This document shows positions 43,093-53,204 of a stretch of DNA of 64,000 nt, piece after piece. Location: positions 288,001-352,000 of the forward strand of contig CAWVVV010000002.1 of assembly GCA_963933835.1 (NCBI GenBank), given 5' to 3'. Made by a program: the position numbers and the translations under genes. The DNA is from an uncultured Puniceicoccaceae bacterium (GTDB lineage: Bacteria; Verrucomicrobiota; Verrucomicrobiia; Opitutales; Oceanipulchritudinaceae). The first letter of the stretch is position 1. Each line of letters starts with the position of its first letter. Below the pieces are notes generated by a model, which saw only the letters and a program-made list of their open reading frames with translations, did not search any database and had not been told where the DNA came from.

Positions 43093-44253
43093 TTAGGCCT
43101 CCGCAGCACCTGCGACCAAGTCGTAGAAATGGGCAAAGAGCGGGTCGCTGTCGTGTGGCCCTGGTGAGGCCTCTGGGTGGTACTGCACACTGAAGACCGG
43201 AAGGTCCTTGTGGCGAATACCGGCGACGGTTTGGTCGTTGAGATTGTATTCGGTTACGACCGCTCCACAGCCCTCAAGGGCTTCCTTCGTCGACGCGAAG
43301 CCATGGTTCTGGGCGGTGATCGAGACGACGCCCGTTTCGATATTCTTCACCGGCTGGTTGCCGCCACGGTGACCAAAGGGCAGCTTCATCGTCTCGGCTC
43401 CGAGAGCGTGTGTGATGACCTGATGACCCATGCAGATACCAAACATCGGGTAGTCGGGCATGAGTTCGGCGATGGTTTTGTGCGCGTAGGTGACCGCAGA
43501 TGGATCGCCTGGTCCGTTTGAAATAAAGACTCCCTTTGGGTTCAGCTCGCGCACTTTCGCTGCTGGCGTATCGGCGGGCACGACCGTCACATCAAAGCCG
43601 TGGCGGGCGAGCTTGCGCAGGATGTTCGTCTTCACGCCCATGTCGAAAGCGACGATGGGGAAGCGCTCGGTGCGCTCTGGAGAGCCTTCGAGTTGAGTGC
43701 CGGGAACGGTGAAGGGCTCGATCTCTTCGCCCGGGTCGTAGGTGTAAATTTCTTTCGTGGTGACTTCTTTGACATAATCGACGCCAACGAGTCCTTCCCA
43801 GTTTTTTGCCTTTTCAACCGCTTCTTCTGCACTGATGCCCTCAGTGCTGAGGCAAGCTTTGAGTGCTCCGTGGACGCGGATCAGCTTTGTGATCGCCCGT
43901 GTGTCGACGCCGCTGATGCCTGGGATGTCGTGCTCCGCGAGGTAGTCGCCGAGCGGCATGCTGCTGCGCCAATTGCTGACGATCGGGCTCAACTCGCGGC
44001 AGACAAAACCAGTGGCTTTCGGTCCGTTGCTCTCAACGTCTTCAAGGTTCACCCCGTAGTTACCAATCATCGGGGTCGTCATCGTGATGATCTGCCCTAA
44101 GTAGGAGGGATCAGTGAGGATTTCCTGATAACCGGTCATCGAAGTATTGAAGACCCCTTCACCTACGACCGTCCGCTTGGCACCAAAGGCAAAGCCCTCA
44201 AAAACACTCCCATCTTCGAAGGCGAGAACCGCGCGATCATTTAATGTAACCAT
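43093..44253 (-). CDS. carA: Carbamoyl-phosphate synthase small subunit
   Basis: [47 protein letters not shown]. Confidence 0.97.
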   Translation of the reverse strand: MVTLNDRAVLAFEDGSVFEGFAFGAKRTVVGEGVFNTSMTGYQEILTDPSYLGQIITMTTPMIGNYGVNLEDVESNGPKATGFVCRELSPIVSNWRSSMPLGDYLAEHDIPGISGVDTRAITKLIRVHGALKACLSTEGISAEEAVEKAKNWEGLVGVDYVKEVTTKEIYTYDPGEEIEPFTVPGTQLEGSPERTERFPIVAFDMGVKTNILRKLARHGFDVTVVPADTPAAKVRELNPKGVFISNGPGDPSAVTYAHKTIAELMPDYPMFGICMGHQVITHALGAETMKLPFGHRGGNQPVKNIETGVVSITAQNHGFASTKEALEGCGAVVTEYNLNDQTVAGIRHKDLPVFSVQYHPEASPGPHDSDPLFAHFYDLVAGAAEA

Positions 44254-44370
44254 TAAAGCAAAACCGTGATACGGCTCCGCACTCCTCCGCAACCCGAAAA
44301 ACGAAGATCGGGAGAAATTACTTTCAAGTTGACGAAGCCCAGAACTCAGCCTTCTTTCCTCACCTTTTCT

Positions 44371-44446
44371 GGGGCCGTAGCTCAGTTGGAAGAGCGCTTG
44401 CATGGCATGCAAGAGGTCGACGGTTCGATCCCGTTCGGCTCCACCA
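44371..44446 (+). tRNA. tRNA-Ala (GGC)
   Basis: GGGGCCG acceptor with G3:U70, CTTGC-AT-GGC-AT-GCAAG anticodon arm, GGTTCGATCCC, CCA. Confidence 0.97.
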
Positions 44447-44447
44447 A

Positions 44448-44517
44448 TCTTCGTTTCGAGCGAAGCGGTGGAAACGAAGACTGCCTCGGCGTAGTGCGCG
44501 CAGCGCAGTAGCCGGGC
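44448..44517. repeat. Palindromic REP-like hairpins after tRNA-Ala
   Basis: TCTTCGTTTC..GCGAAGC..GAAACGAAGA, then GCCTCGGC-GTAG..GCGCAGC..GCCGGGC. Confidence 0.55.
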
Positions 44518-44575
44518 CTCTGAAACAAAATTGAATTCGCTCTCCTCTACGCCCGGGCAAGCCATTGAGCTAGGT

Positions 44576-44658
44576 ATGAAAGACTTCCACTACGTTTATC
44601 TTTTGAGCAGTATTTGAAGAGCCATTCGGGTCGCGAATATGCGAAGCGGCATTATTGA
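44576..44658 (+). pseudogene. GIY-YIG nuclease remnant with internal deletion
   Basis: [12 protein letters not shown] in one frame joined to FEQYLKSHSGREYAKRHY* in another. Confidence 0.75.
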
Positions 44659-44666
44659 TCTCAGAT

Positions 44667-45428
44667 ATGCTATATTTCCTCCCAGTCGTTTTTATCGCTG
44701 TAGCCTGTCTCTATGCGATGGCTGGGTTCGGCGGCGGGTCGACGTACATCGCGTTGCTTGCGGTGAGTGGTTTGCCGCTCGCGGTGGTGCCGGTGATCGC
44801 GCTGGTTTGTAATTTGATCGTCAGTTCGCAGGGCAGTTATCTGCTTATTAAGCGCGGGCATGCGCAGTGGTCTTTGCTCGTTCCGCTTTTGGCTGGTTCG
44901 ATCCCGTGTGCTTTTCTTGGCGGGGCTTGGCGCCTCCCCGAAAGCGCTTTCCTCGTTTTTCTCGCCGTCGCGTTGACGCTGGCAGCCCTCGCGATGCTTG
45001 TGCAAGATAGGCAGGCGCGGAGCGACGAGACAGCGTCTTCGAAGGTGCCGAACGTCGGCGCTCTTCTTGGAGTGGGCGTGGCCCTTGGCTTGGTGGCAGG
45101 AATTACCGGCATCGGCGGCGGCATCTATTTGGCTCCAGTGATGCACCTTTTGCGCTGGGCCAATGCTCGAGTTATCGCGACCTGCACCTCGCTCTTTATC
45201 GCCCTGAACAGTCTAGCTGGGCTGAGCGGTCAATTAACCAAAGGGGTCGATGTGTTCGGCTCGATTCCGCTGTGGATTTTGGTCGCTTGTCCCTGTGCGG
45301 TTCTCCTCGGCGGCCGCTTGGGTAGCTACCTCTTGGCCGAGAAAATGCCGTTGGGCAAAGTGCGTATGGTAACGGCATGGGTGATCCTCTTCGTCGCCGT
45401 CCGTCTCTGGTTCAAGGTATTACTCTAA
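44667..45428 (+). CDS. Sulfite exporter TauE/SafE family
   Basis: YAMAGFGGGSTY, AGITGIGGGIYLAP, FIALNSLAGL. Confidence 0.9.
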   Translation: MLYFLPVVFIAVACLYAMAGFGGGSTYIALLAVSGLPLAVVPVIALVCNLIVSSQGSYLLIKRGHAQWSLLVPLLAGSIPCAFLGGAWRLPESAFLVFLAVALTLAALAMLVQDRQARSDETASSKVPNVGALLGVGVALGLVAGITGIGGGIYLAPVMHLLRWANARVIATCTSLFIALNSLAGLSGQLTKGVDVFGSIPLWILVACPCAVLLGGRLGSYLLAEKMPLGKVRMVTAWVILFVAVRLWFKVLL

Positions 45429-46097
45429 GCGGGAACGGCGGCGCCTTCTCAGCGCTGCGGCAGCGGCTACGAGTCCAATCAGTAAACTGCCTGCACTGGG
45501 CTCTGGAATCGCGACGAGCGTTAAGGTGCTGGCGTTGAAGCTGAGATCTAGGTCGTATTCTTCGCCGAAGGCCACGTTGAGGTCCTTATTAGCGGGCGGC
45601 ATGGTCGAAATGTTGTTTGAGTTGTGGAGCGTGCCGGTGCCCGCGCTGCTGAGAGTGAGGTAGGCAGGGTGAAAGCGGCCGGTGTTAACCTCGCGACCGT
45701 CGAAGGTAAAGCTGACGAGCTCGGAAGCTTGAAGCCCGTCAATCAGATTCGCGCTCCCGCTGATTTCAAAATTGAGAGAGCTGCCTTGAGTGTAAAACTC
45801 ACTGCCACCAATCGTGCGTATGAGGTCGAAGGCGGAGAAGTTCGAAGGAGTGGGGTCGTCCAAGATACCGTAGATATTATAGTTCACTCCATTGAGCGTC
45901 GGGTCGCTGTAAACGCCTCCGGCAGTGAGCGGAGCATTGATGTCGATCGTGAAGTCGAAATTGCGCAACGCGTTGTAGTTTTCTGATACAGCGATGTCGT
46001 TGCTCCCCTCGCGGCTGTCGTAGCTGAGAGTAAAAACGAAGGCGTTCGCAGCAGTGGCGAGGGCGAAGGAGACAGTGGTGACGACAGAGAACTTCAT
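45420..46097 (-). CDS. PEP-CTERM exported protein
   Basis: Signal peptide; C-terminal AIPEPSAGSLLIGLVAAAAALRRRRR. Confidence 0.92.
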   Translation of the reverse strand: MKFSVVTTVSFALATAANAFVFTLSYDSREGSNDIAVSENYNALRNFDFTIDINAPLTAGGVYSDPTLNGVNYNIYGILDDPTPSNFSAFDLIRTIGGSEFYTQGSSLNFEISGSANLIDGLQASELVSFTFDGREVNTGRFHPAYLTLSSAGTGTLHNSNNISTMPPANKDLNVAFGEEYDLDLSFNASTLTLVAIPEPSAGSLLIGLVAAAAALRRRRRSRLE

Positions 46098-46235
46098 CAA
46101 ATGAAGAAAACACCTTAGGCCGAACTCGGCAATCTTTAAGGTTGAGGCCTGCGCGTCAGGCTTTCGGAGGGTTCTTATGGGAGGGTGGATAAATTGGCAA
46201 TCGACTCAGAGCCTACTTTGAGGAGTGCTTGAGGG

Positions 46236-46511
46236 ATGGGGATTACGCTTACTTTTTTGAAGTAATTAGGTGTCGGGTTTGCTTACATTAGCCCGGTGGT
46301 GTTTTTTCTCGGAGTAATCGTGGCATTGCTCGGGATTTGGATTGGGCGGATCGAAGGTTGGAAGCGGTGGGATGCTGTCTGCTTTGCTTTCATTACGGCG
46401 ACGACAGTTGGGTATGGTGATATGCGGCCGACGAAGCCGCTTGCCCGCTTGCTCGCGATCCTTGCGGCATTTGTCGGATTAATAATGACGGGCATCATTG
46501 TGGCGGCCTAA
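46236..46511 (+). pseudogene. Potassium channel (Ion_trans_2) with internal TAA and truncated C-terminus
   Basis: FITATTVGYGD selectivity filter; in-frame TAA at 46263. Confidence 0.75.
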
Positions 46512-46819
46512 GGGGTGATCTCTTTTCCGCGAAGGAAGGCAGAGTCGTCGCTTACTTCACTCCAGAGGACTGGGATGGTGAGGCTTGCACCGGTGCCATT
46601 GATTTCGGTTTTGAAGTCGCCCCAATTCTCGAGGTCCCCTGAAGACTCGAGTTGGTAACTACTTCCAAGAACGGTATCGAAACTGATATCGAAGTCTGGG
46701 CGTAGGTGATCGGGATGTAAGTGACGCTCGGATCTGGAACAACAACGAGATCGAAGGGCGAGCTGAGTTCTGCACCGGGAAACATGCAGAGGTTGTCCCA
46801 AGGAAAGGGCCTCTGTCAC
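46508..46819 (-). pseudogene. C-terminal fragment of a secreted protein
   Basis: SYQLESSGDLENW...AFLR tail typical of verrucomicrobial secreted proteins; the frame breaks upstream and no N-terminus is present. Confidence 0.5.
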
Positions 46820-46973
46820 TCGGTGGGACAGGGTGTTGTCTCTAATAAAACACTTAGAATGGACCGTTATTAACTGAATGGAGGCGCTTTGGGATGGGCG
46901 CCCGGTTATTAAGAGTTTTCTGACGACTCTGAAACCTTGCGGTTGGAGCGAAGATCACCTCTTCTGTGGAGTC

Positions 46974-47654
46974 ATGCGAGCTGACGAGTTGTTTACTTAT
47001 CCCGAAGGAATGCCGTTCTCAGAGTTTTTTTTGCCGGATGCGGCACCATGGGATTGGGTTGGTTGTATTAAAAAGGCCTTGGCTGGTCTAAATGTGGAGG
47101 TTGGCTCCGGCCCCGAAATTCCGCCTGGGGTGCATATCGAGGGTGCAGTGCACCTCGATCCGACGGTGAAACTGCCAGCGTATGCGACCCTCATCGGTCC
47201 GGCATGGATAGGACCTGAGGTAGAGATCCGTCCTGGGGCTTTTGTGCGTGGACATGTCATCGTCGGGCGTGGCTCGGTCCTCGGAAACGCGTGCGAATAC
47301 AAGAACTGCCTCCTCCTCGAAGACGTCGAGACCCCTCACTACAATTACGTCGGCGACTCAGTGCTCGGCAACCGCGCCCACCTGGGTGCTGGGGCCATCT
47401 GCGCAAATCTGAAACTGGCTCGGGATGAAGTCAGCGTGGAGCTCCCAAGTGGAAAACGGCAGCAAACGGGGATGCGAAAGCTCGGCGGACTACTCGGCGA
47501 TGGTGCGGAGGCGAGTTGTAATTGCGTCTTACAACCGGGCACGGTTTTGGGCCGAGGGTCGGCTGTGCTCGCCCCCTCCTTCTCAGGCTATTTGGCCGAG
47601 CAGAAGATCATCCATGCCCGCTTCGAGACTCTTGTGACCTCTCGGCCTACTTGA
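46974..47654 (+). CDS. GlmU-like hexapeptide-repeat acetyltransferase (LbH domain only)
   Basis: IRPGAFVRG, PHYNYVGDSVLGNRAHLGAG, TGMRKLGGLLGD. Confidence 0.85.
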   Translation: MRADELFTYPEGMPFSEFFLPDAAPWDWVGCIKKALAGLNVEVGSGPEIPPGVHIEGAVHLDPTVKLPAYATLIGPAWIGPEVEIRPGAFVRGHVIVGRGSVLGNACEYKNCLLLEDVETPHYNYVGDSVLGNRAHLGAGAICANLKLARDEVSVELPSGKRQQTGMRKLGGLLGDGAEASCNCVLQPGTVLGRGSAVLAPSFSGYLAEQKIIHARFETLVTSRPT

Positions 47655-47713
47655 GTGGCGAGTGAAATGCGGACGATGCGGTTGCAAATACAGAGAATGG
47701 GAGGTTAAGTTGG

Positions 47714-48624
47714 ATGATGGTTTCTATCTCTCCTTTAGAGCTCAAAAAAAGGCTCGATTCGAATCACCCGCCCCACCTCCTGAATATTGAAGCTGAGCTT
47801 TCTTTCGAAGCAGGGCACATTGCGGGATCACTGCGCTCAGCGCTTTACGAAATGGGGTTTGCTGAACGGGTTGAAGCGTTGATCCCCGGCAAATCTACAG
47901 AGGTCGTAATTTATGGGACAGATGCGGATACCCATGGAAATACTTTCGCTGCTGAGAAGCTCAGCCGAGCAGGATTTACGTCGGTTTTGACCTTAGAGGG
48001 CGGTCTAGAAGCTTGGTCGAAGAGTGGCTATGCGATCGAAGGCGAACTTACGCCACTGCCAGTGGCTTTGGCCGAGAGTGGGGTATATGAAATCGATTTG
48101 GAACAGAGTCACCTGCGCTGGGTTGGACGGAATCTAGCAAATTTTCACGAGGGGAAACTCGGGATCAAGGCAGGGTCAGTCAGTCTGAAAGATGGAGGAC
48201 TAGAGAACGGGCAACTAGTCATTGATATGAAAGCGATTGAGTGTAGTGATATTGCGGATACGAAATTCAATCGCATTCTGATCACTCACCTAGAGGACCA
48301 CGACTTTTTCGATGCAGGCCGCTTTCCCGAGGCTGAAGTGCGTTTGGGACAAGTGAAGTCCCTGCAGGATGTGGCACCGGGGCAGCCCAACTACATTGGC
48401 GAGGCCATCCTTACGCTGCGCGGAGTTGAGCATGAAGTGGCCTTCGCGTTGGCGGGTGGTCAATCGGACGACCAATTTAGCCTGCAGGGTGCACTGAGAT
48501 TCGACCGCACAGACTGGGGGGGTGCTCTACGGATCGGCTCATTATTTTAGCCGCCTTGGGATGCAATTTGGTCAATGATTTGATCGATCTTGATCTGCGA
48601 TTGAACTTTAAGCGCCGAACATAG
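47714..48624 (+). CDS. Rhodanese-like + YceI fusion; indels near 48516-48580
   Basis: GHIAGS, LEGGLEAW; WVGRN..HEG, HLEDHDFFDAGRFP, DRTDWG; the C-terminus LVNDLIDLDL is in a shifted frame. Confidence 0.85.
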
Positions 48625-48690
48625 CCTCATCGGGCCATTGGATGGCGTTCCAATCTTGCTTCAAGGCTGTTTTACGGTGATGACGGTCGG

Positions 48691-49845
48691 GTGACATTTC
48701 GAACTGGGAACATTCTATCCATCGCCACCGTTGCTTTGCTTGCGCTGTTGCCACTGCTCCTAGGAGCTCAACGAGCACGAGACTTGAGCATCCCATTTCG
48801 AGGTGAGCCGGGCCCGCTCAATGCCATAACCGATGTCGCAGGTGTTGCTGTCGGACATGCGACTTTGATTGAGGGCGAAGGGGGTTTGGTCGTTGGCGAA
48901 GGCCCCGTGCGCACGGGTGTCACCGCGATCCTGCCGCAAGGGCTGACCTATGGTCCCTTTTTCGCCGCTTGGGCATCGCTCAACGGCAATGGTGAGCTCA
49001 CCGGCACACACTGGATTGAGGAGTCGGGGTTTCTTGAAGAACCAATTTTGCTCACAAATACGCACAGCGTGGGGGCGGTGGCGGATGCCTCCATCGCATG
49101 GCGACGGGCGAACAATTACCATGGCGAAGCGCCCGGTACTCATGGCTGGGCATCATTGCCTGTGGTGGGAGAAACCTGGGATGGTCGCCTCAACGATATC
49201 CACGGGCGCCATGTGGGCGATAAGGCTGTTTTCTCTGCCCTCGATTCGGCGACAGGCGGACCTGTGCCAGAGGGCAATGTAGGCGGCGGCACCGGGATGG
49301 TTTGTCACCGATTCAAAGGCGGTATCGGCACTTCATCTCGAGTAGTGGAAGGTGGATACACGGTGGGTGTTCTTGTTCAGACCAATTATGGTCAACGTGA
49401 AGATCTTACCATAGCGGGCCAATCGGTAGGCCTGAAGATCACCGATCTCATGCCTGTGATGTCGGGATTGGAGCCAGCGCAAGAGGGAAATTCAATTATC
49501 GTAATCATCGCGACGGACGCACCGCTACTTTCTCGCCAGCTCAAGCGTTTGGCAAGTCGGGCAACAGTCGGGCTCGCCCATGTAGGCGGCTATGGAGCGA
49601 ATTCGTCCGGCGATCTCTATCTCGCTTTTTCAACAGAGCGCCCGCAGGAGCAGACGGATGGAACCTACACAACACAGTTTCTCCCTAATGATGCCCTTAC
49701 CGGGATTTTCAAAGCCGTTGCACACGCCACCGAAGAAGCGATCGTTAATGCATTGGTCGCGGCGGAGACGATGACCGGCATCAATGGAAATACGGTCTAT
49801 GCCCTGCCGCATGATCGTATCCGTGCTCTCTTTGAGACGGAATAG
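48691..49845 (+). CDS. Peptidase P1/S58 (DmpA/BapA-like aminopeptidase) with signal peptide
   Basis: NAITDVAGVAVGH, NGNGELTG, EGNVGGGTGM, FKGGIGTSSR, NSIIVIIATDAP, SSGD. Confidence 0.92.
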   Translation: MTFRTGNILSIATVALLALLPLLLGAQRARDLSIPFRGEPGPLNAITDVAGVAVGHATLIEGEGGLVVGEGPVRTGVTAILPQGLTYGPFFAAWASLNGNGELTGTHWIEESGFLEEPILLTNTHSVGAVADASIAWRRANNYHGEAPGTHGWASLPVVGETWDGRLNDIHGRHVGDKAVFSALDSATGGPVPEGNVGGGTGMVCHRFKGGIGTSSRVVEGGYTVGVLVQTNYGQREDLTIAGQSVGLKITDLMPVMSGLEPAQEGNSIIVIIATDAPLLSRQLKRLASRATVGLAHVGGYGANSSGDLYLAFSTERPQEQTDGTYTTQFLPNDALTGIFKAVAHATEEAIVNALVAAETMTGINGNTVYALPHDRIRALFETE

Positions 49846-49856
49846 AGAGCGCCGAT

Positions 49857-51251
49857 ATGACTGACAAAGCAAAGCCTTCCCTTTCCCTCTCCCTTGTCCC
49901 GTTGTTCTTTTTGCTCATTTCGATGAGCTGGTTCTTGCTCGTTGCTGAGCAGGAGGCACATATCGCGCTCATCCTGACAACGGTTGTGGCGGTCGTGGTT
50001 GGTTTGTCTGCCGGGAATAGCTGGGAGGAGCTAGAGTCCGGCTTGATCAAGGGGCTGCAGCTTGGACTGTCGGCGATCATTATCCTGATGGTGATCGGAC
50101 TGCTTATCGCGGTATGGATAGCGGCAGGAATCGTCCCACTTTTCATTACGCTGGGCCTCGATTTGCTTAGCGCGGCGATCTTTCTTCCAGCCGTTGCGTT
50201 GATATGTGGCTTGGTCTCGCTTGCAACGGGTAGTTCTTGGACGACCGCAGGGACAGTGGGTGTCGCATTTATCGGAGTTGGCGCAGGACTTGGTGTTCCG
50301 CTTCCCATGGTGGCCGGGGCGATCGTCTCAGGGGCTTATTTCGGAGATAAGATTTCTCCGCTTTCGGATTCGACGAATTTAGCGGCTGCTGTGACGGGGG
50401 TGGATCTGTTCACACATATTCGCCACATGACGTACACCACTTTTCCGGCCTTTGGCTTGGCCTTGGTCGGATTCTTTTTTCTAGGTCTCTCAGCGAGTGG
50501 CGGCGAGGCGGCACTGGTTTCAGTCGAACAGATTCAAACAGCCATCACTGGAGCCTACGACCTAAGCCTCATTCTCCTTTTGGCGCCAGCGTCGGTCATT
50601 GTTATGAGCCTCAAGAAAATTCCTGCGCTCCCGGCACTCGTCATCGCGACCCTCATTGGGGGTGTGCTTGCGATTTGGATACAAGGCGTCGACCCCGCTG
50701 CTTTGATCGGTATCGCTTATGGTGGCTACGAGGGATCGACGGGTGTGGCGGAGGTTGATCGCCTGCTGTCACGCGGTGGATTAGAGCCGATGATGTACAC
50801 GATCTCATTGATTCTCTGCGCTCTGATGTTTGGAGGCGTTATGGAAGCGACGGGCTTCATCAACCGCATCGCTGAAGCGATCCTGAGCAGAGTGCAGCGC
50901 CGTGGGGGCCTTGTTACTGCAACGATCGCTTCTTGTATTGGAATGAATCTGGCGGCCTCCGATCAATATCTCGCGATCATCGTTCCGGGACGGATGTTTG
51001 CGAAGGACTACCGCCGATTCAAACTAGCACCGAAGAATCTCTCTCGGACGATCGAAGATGGCGGGACGATGACCTCAGCACTGATCCCTTGGAATACCTG
51101 TGGCGCCACGATGATGGCTTCACTCGCCGTCCATCCCTTCGCGTTTTTGCCCTACGCTTTCTTCAATCTTCTGACGCCGCTCATCGCTATCCTCTGGGCC
51201 TACCTCGGAATTGGTCAGGCGGAGTTAGAGGAGGAGAAGAGTGAAGAATGA
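49857..51251 (+). CDS. nhaC: NhaC-family transporter
   Basis: ATGSSWTTAGTVG, GAYFGDKISPLSDSTN, EDGGT..LIPWN. Confidence 0.92.
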   Translation: MTDKAKPSLSLSLVPLFFLLISMSWFLLVAEQEAHIALILTTVVAVVVGLSAGNSWEELESGLIKGLQLGLSAIIILMVIGLLIAVWIAAGIVPLFITLGLDLLSAAIFLPAVALICGLVSLATGSSWTTAGTVGVAFIGVGAGLGVPLPMVAGAIVSGAYFGDKISPLSDSTNLAAAVTGVDLFTHIRHMTYTTFPAFGLALVGFFFLGLSASGGEAALVSVEQIQTAITGAYDLSLILLLAPASVIVMSLKKIPALPALVIATLIGGVLAIWIQGVDPAALIGIAYGGYEGSTGVAEVDRLLSRGGLEPMMYTISLILCALMFGGVMEATGFINRIAEAILSRVQRRGGLVTATIASCIGMNLAASDQYLAIIVPGRMFAKDYRRFKLAPKNLSRTIEDGGTMTSALIPWNTCGATMMASLAVHPFAFLPYAFFNLLTPLIAILWAYLGIGQAELEEEKSEE

Positions 51252-51273
51252 TGAATTTTGAGTGATGAATGCT
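51246..51273 (+). repeat. Heptamer tandem repeat (GAATGAT family)
   Basis: GAATGAT GAATTTT GAGTGAT GAATGCT. Confidence 0.65.
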
Positions 51274-51310
51274 GAGGCACTGCGTCTCCTCTTTTAAAAT
51301 GCTTTTCCGT

Positions 51311-52090
51311 TTACGCAGGATTTAGCAGCTCGACCACTTTTCCGTGGTGGCGAGGGTGAGCACAGACGAGGTTGAACTTACCTTCACCAGTGCCAACGGG
51401 ATCGTTGCCTTGCCAGTTTGTGATCGTGGCACCTGCTCCGCGCATGACGGGAACGAGGGCAGCCATATCCCAAAGGCTCATGATCGGGTCGCACATGATG
51501 TCTGCGCCGCCGGAAGCGAGGAGTGTGTAACCGAAGCAGTCACCCCAGCTGCGGTATTGATCCGTCGCAGCGAGGAGGGCATTCCAGCCATCGTGGCTGT
51601 GATGTAAGTATGGGCGTTTCGGATCGGTCGTGAGGAGGAAGCAGCTTTCGAGCTTCTCCGTTTCACGCATCTTCACTTCACGTCCGTTGCACCAAGCGGT
51701 TTCGTTGTTCCCGATGTAAAGCTGGTCGATGGCGCAGATATTGATCACGCCCCAGATCGGCTGCTTGTTTTTGCGCAGCGCAATAAGCGTTCCAAATTGC
51801 GGTGACCCAGCGGCATACGAGCGCGTGCCATCGATCGGGTCGAGTACCCAAGTGTATTCTGCGTCCGAGTTGAGGTCAGCAAACTCTTCGCCGACGATCC
51901 CGTGGTCAGGAAATTCTTTGCTGATGAGCTCGCGGAGAACTTCTTCAGCTTTCTTATCGGCGTATGTCACTGGGGTGGCGTCGCTCTTCCACTCAACTTC
52001 GAGAGCAGGGTTAGCGAAGAGAGGCTTGATCACCTTTTCGCTTTCGGCGGCGAGGTGTTCGAGGAAGGGCTTAATCAGGGATGCTTCCAT
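51311..52090 (-). CDS. hisN: Inositol monophosphatase family, HisN-like histidinol phosphatase
   Basis: TPVTYAD, IVGEE, WVLDPIDGT, WGDCFGY, WDMAAL. Confidence 0.82.
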   Translation of the reverse strand: MEASLIKPFLEHLAAESEKVIKPLFANPALEVEWKSDATPVTYADKKAEEVLRELISKEFPDHGIVGEEFADLNSDAEYTWVLDPIDGTRSYAAGSPQFGTLIALRKNKQPIWGVINICAIDQLYIGNNETAWCNGREVKMRETEKLESCFLLTTDPKRPYLHHSHDGWNALLAATDQYRSWGDCFGYTLLASGGADIMCDPIMSLWDMAALVPVMRGAGATITNWQGNDPVGTGEGKFNLVCAHPRHHGKVVELLNPA

Positions 52091-52178
52091 ATAGGGGCGA
52101 AGAAGAGCGTAGTTGGCGGTAGGTGAAAAGGCATTTTTCGCTTTTCGTGAGGGGAGGGCACGGCAGTCTCGCTAGATA

Positions 52179-52805
52179 GTGATCCCTCAGCTCCACATTA
52201 TCGATTTCGAAGGCCACCCGCGTTACGGTGTCGTTGAGTATGGTGTGGTGACGGTGAATGAGCAGGGAATTGTCAGCTGCGCCACCGGTCTTTGTGCGCC
52301 GACCGGCGAGATTCCCCCCGCTGATACCCGTGTGCATGGGATCGATGCGGTGAGCTCGGCAGGGCGTGCCCCCTTTTCGGAGCTTTACGCAGAATTCGTC
52401 GAATGGAGACGGAGCGGACTCTTCGTCGCGCACAATGCGCATGTAGAGCACGGCTTACTCAAGTCAACCTGGTCCTTTCCGCCTTACGTGCCGGCATGGG
52501 GCGGAGCGGCTGGTGCTGAAACCGCTGACTGGGGGCCGTGGCTCGATACCCTAGTGCTTGCTCGCGAATTGAGGAACACTGCCGAGGATTCGTGCTCGCT
52601 GGAGGCACTGAGCTATGGCGGCGAACTGCGCGGGGCCGTCGAGGCGCTCGCTCAAGAGCACTGCCCACCGGATCGCCGCCGGCCGCATTGCGCCCTCTAT
52701 GATGCGCTCGCCACGTGCGTCTGGCTGCGCGAGCGAGTGGGCTATGCCGAGGCTTTGACCTGGTTTCAGCGCCAACAAGCCACGGCCCAAGGGGAGCTCT
52801 TCTAG
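52179..52805 (+). CDS. DEDDh 3'-5' exonuclease (DnaQ-like)
   Basis: IIDFEG, VHGI, VAHNA, WLDTL, HCALYDA. Confidence 0.85.
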   Translation: MIPQLHIIDFEGHPRYGVVEYGVVTVNEQGIVSCATGLCAPTGEIPPADTRVHGIDAVSSAGRAPFSELYAEFVEWRRSGLFVAHNAHVEHGLLKSTWSFPPYVPAWGGAAGAETADWGPWLDTLVLARELRNTAEDSCSLEALSYGGELRGAVEALAQEHCPPDRRRPHCALYDALATCVWLRERVGYAEALTWFQRQQATAQGELF

Positions 52806-52812
52806 AGCTCTT

Positions 52813-53106
52813 CTAAGCCTCAGGCGCTTCCGGAAGAAAGCGGTGGAGGAAGAACGTTGCCGCAGGGATGAGCGAGGCGATCGCTGCGATGACGATGGCT
52901 TTGAAGGGCCATTTAAGTGCTATCCAACAGCGTGCCAGCCAGATGAAATAGAGAATGAAAAGAACACCGTGTGCCCAGCCCACATAGGTAACGACTAAGT
53001 CTAGCCCGAGGCCATACTTGAGCGGCATCGCCACGAGGAGAAGGACGAGATAAGACACGCCCTCGATAACTGCGATTTGGAAGAACTGGCGATAGAGCTG
53101 GCTCAT
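52813..53106 (-). CDS. DUF3817 membrane protein
   Basis: IEGVSYLVLLLVAMPLKY, GWAHGVLF, ASLIP. Confidence 0.88.
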   Translation of the reverse strand: MSQLYRQFFQIAVIEGVSYLVLLLVAMPLKYGLGLDLVVTYVGWAHGVLFILYFIWLARCWIALKWPFKAIVIAAIASLIPAATFFLHRFLPEAPEA

Positions 53107-53204
53107 AGGCGCCCATCAGCAGAGACACGGACACCTCGTCGCAATTCAATTTTTTGGCCGCTTGCGCTCAGCGCCGCCTCTACTCAATTTGGAGGGAAAT
53201 GGGA

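Noticed and set aside
44254..44565. 104-aa N-terminal extension of carA in the ORF track
   Set aside because: It overlaps tRNA-Ala on the opposite strand; CarA homology starts at ATG 44253.
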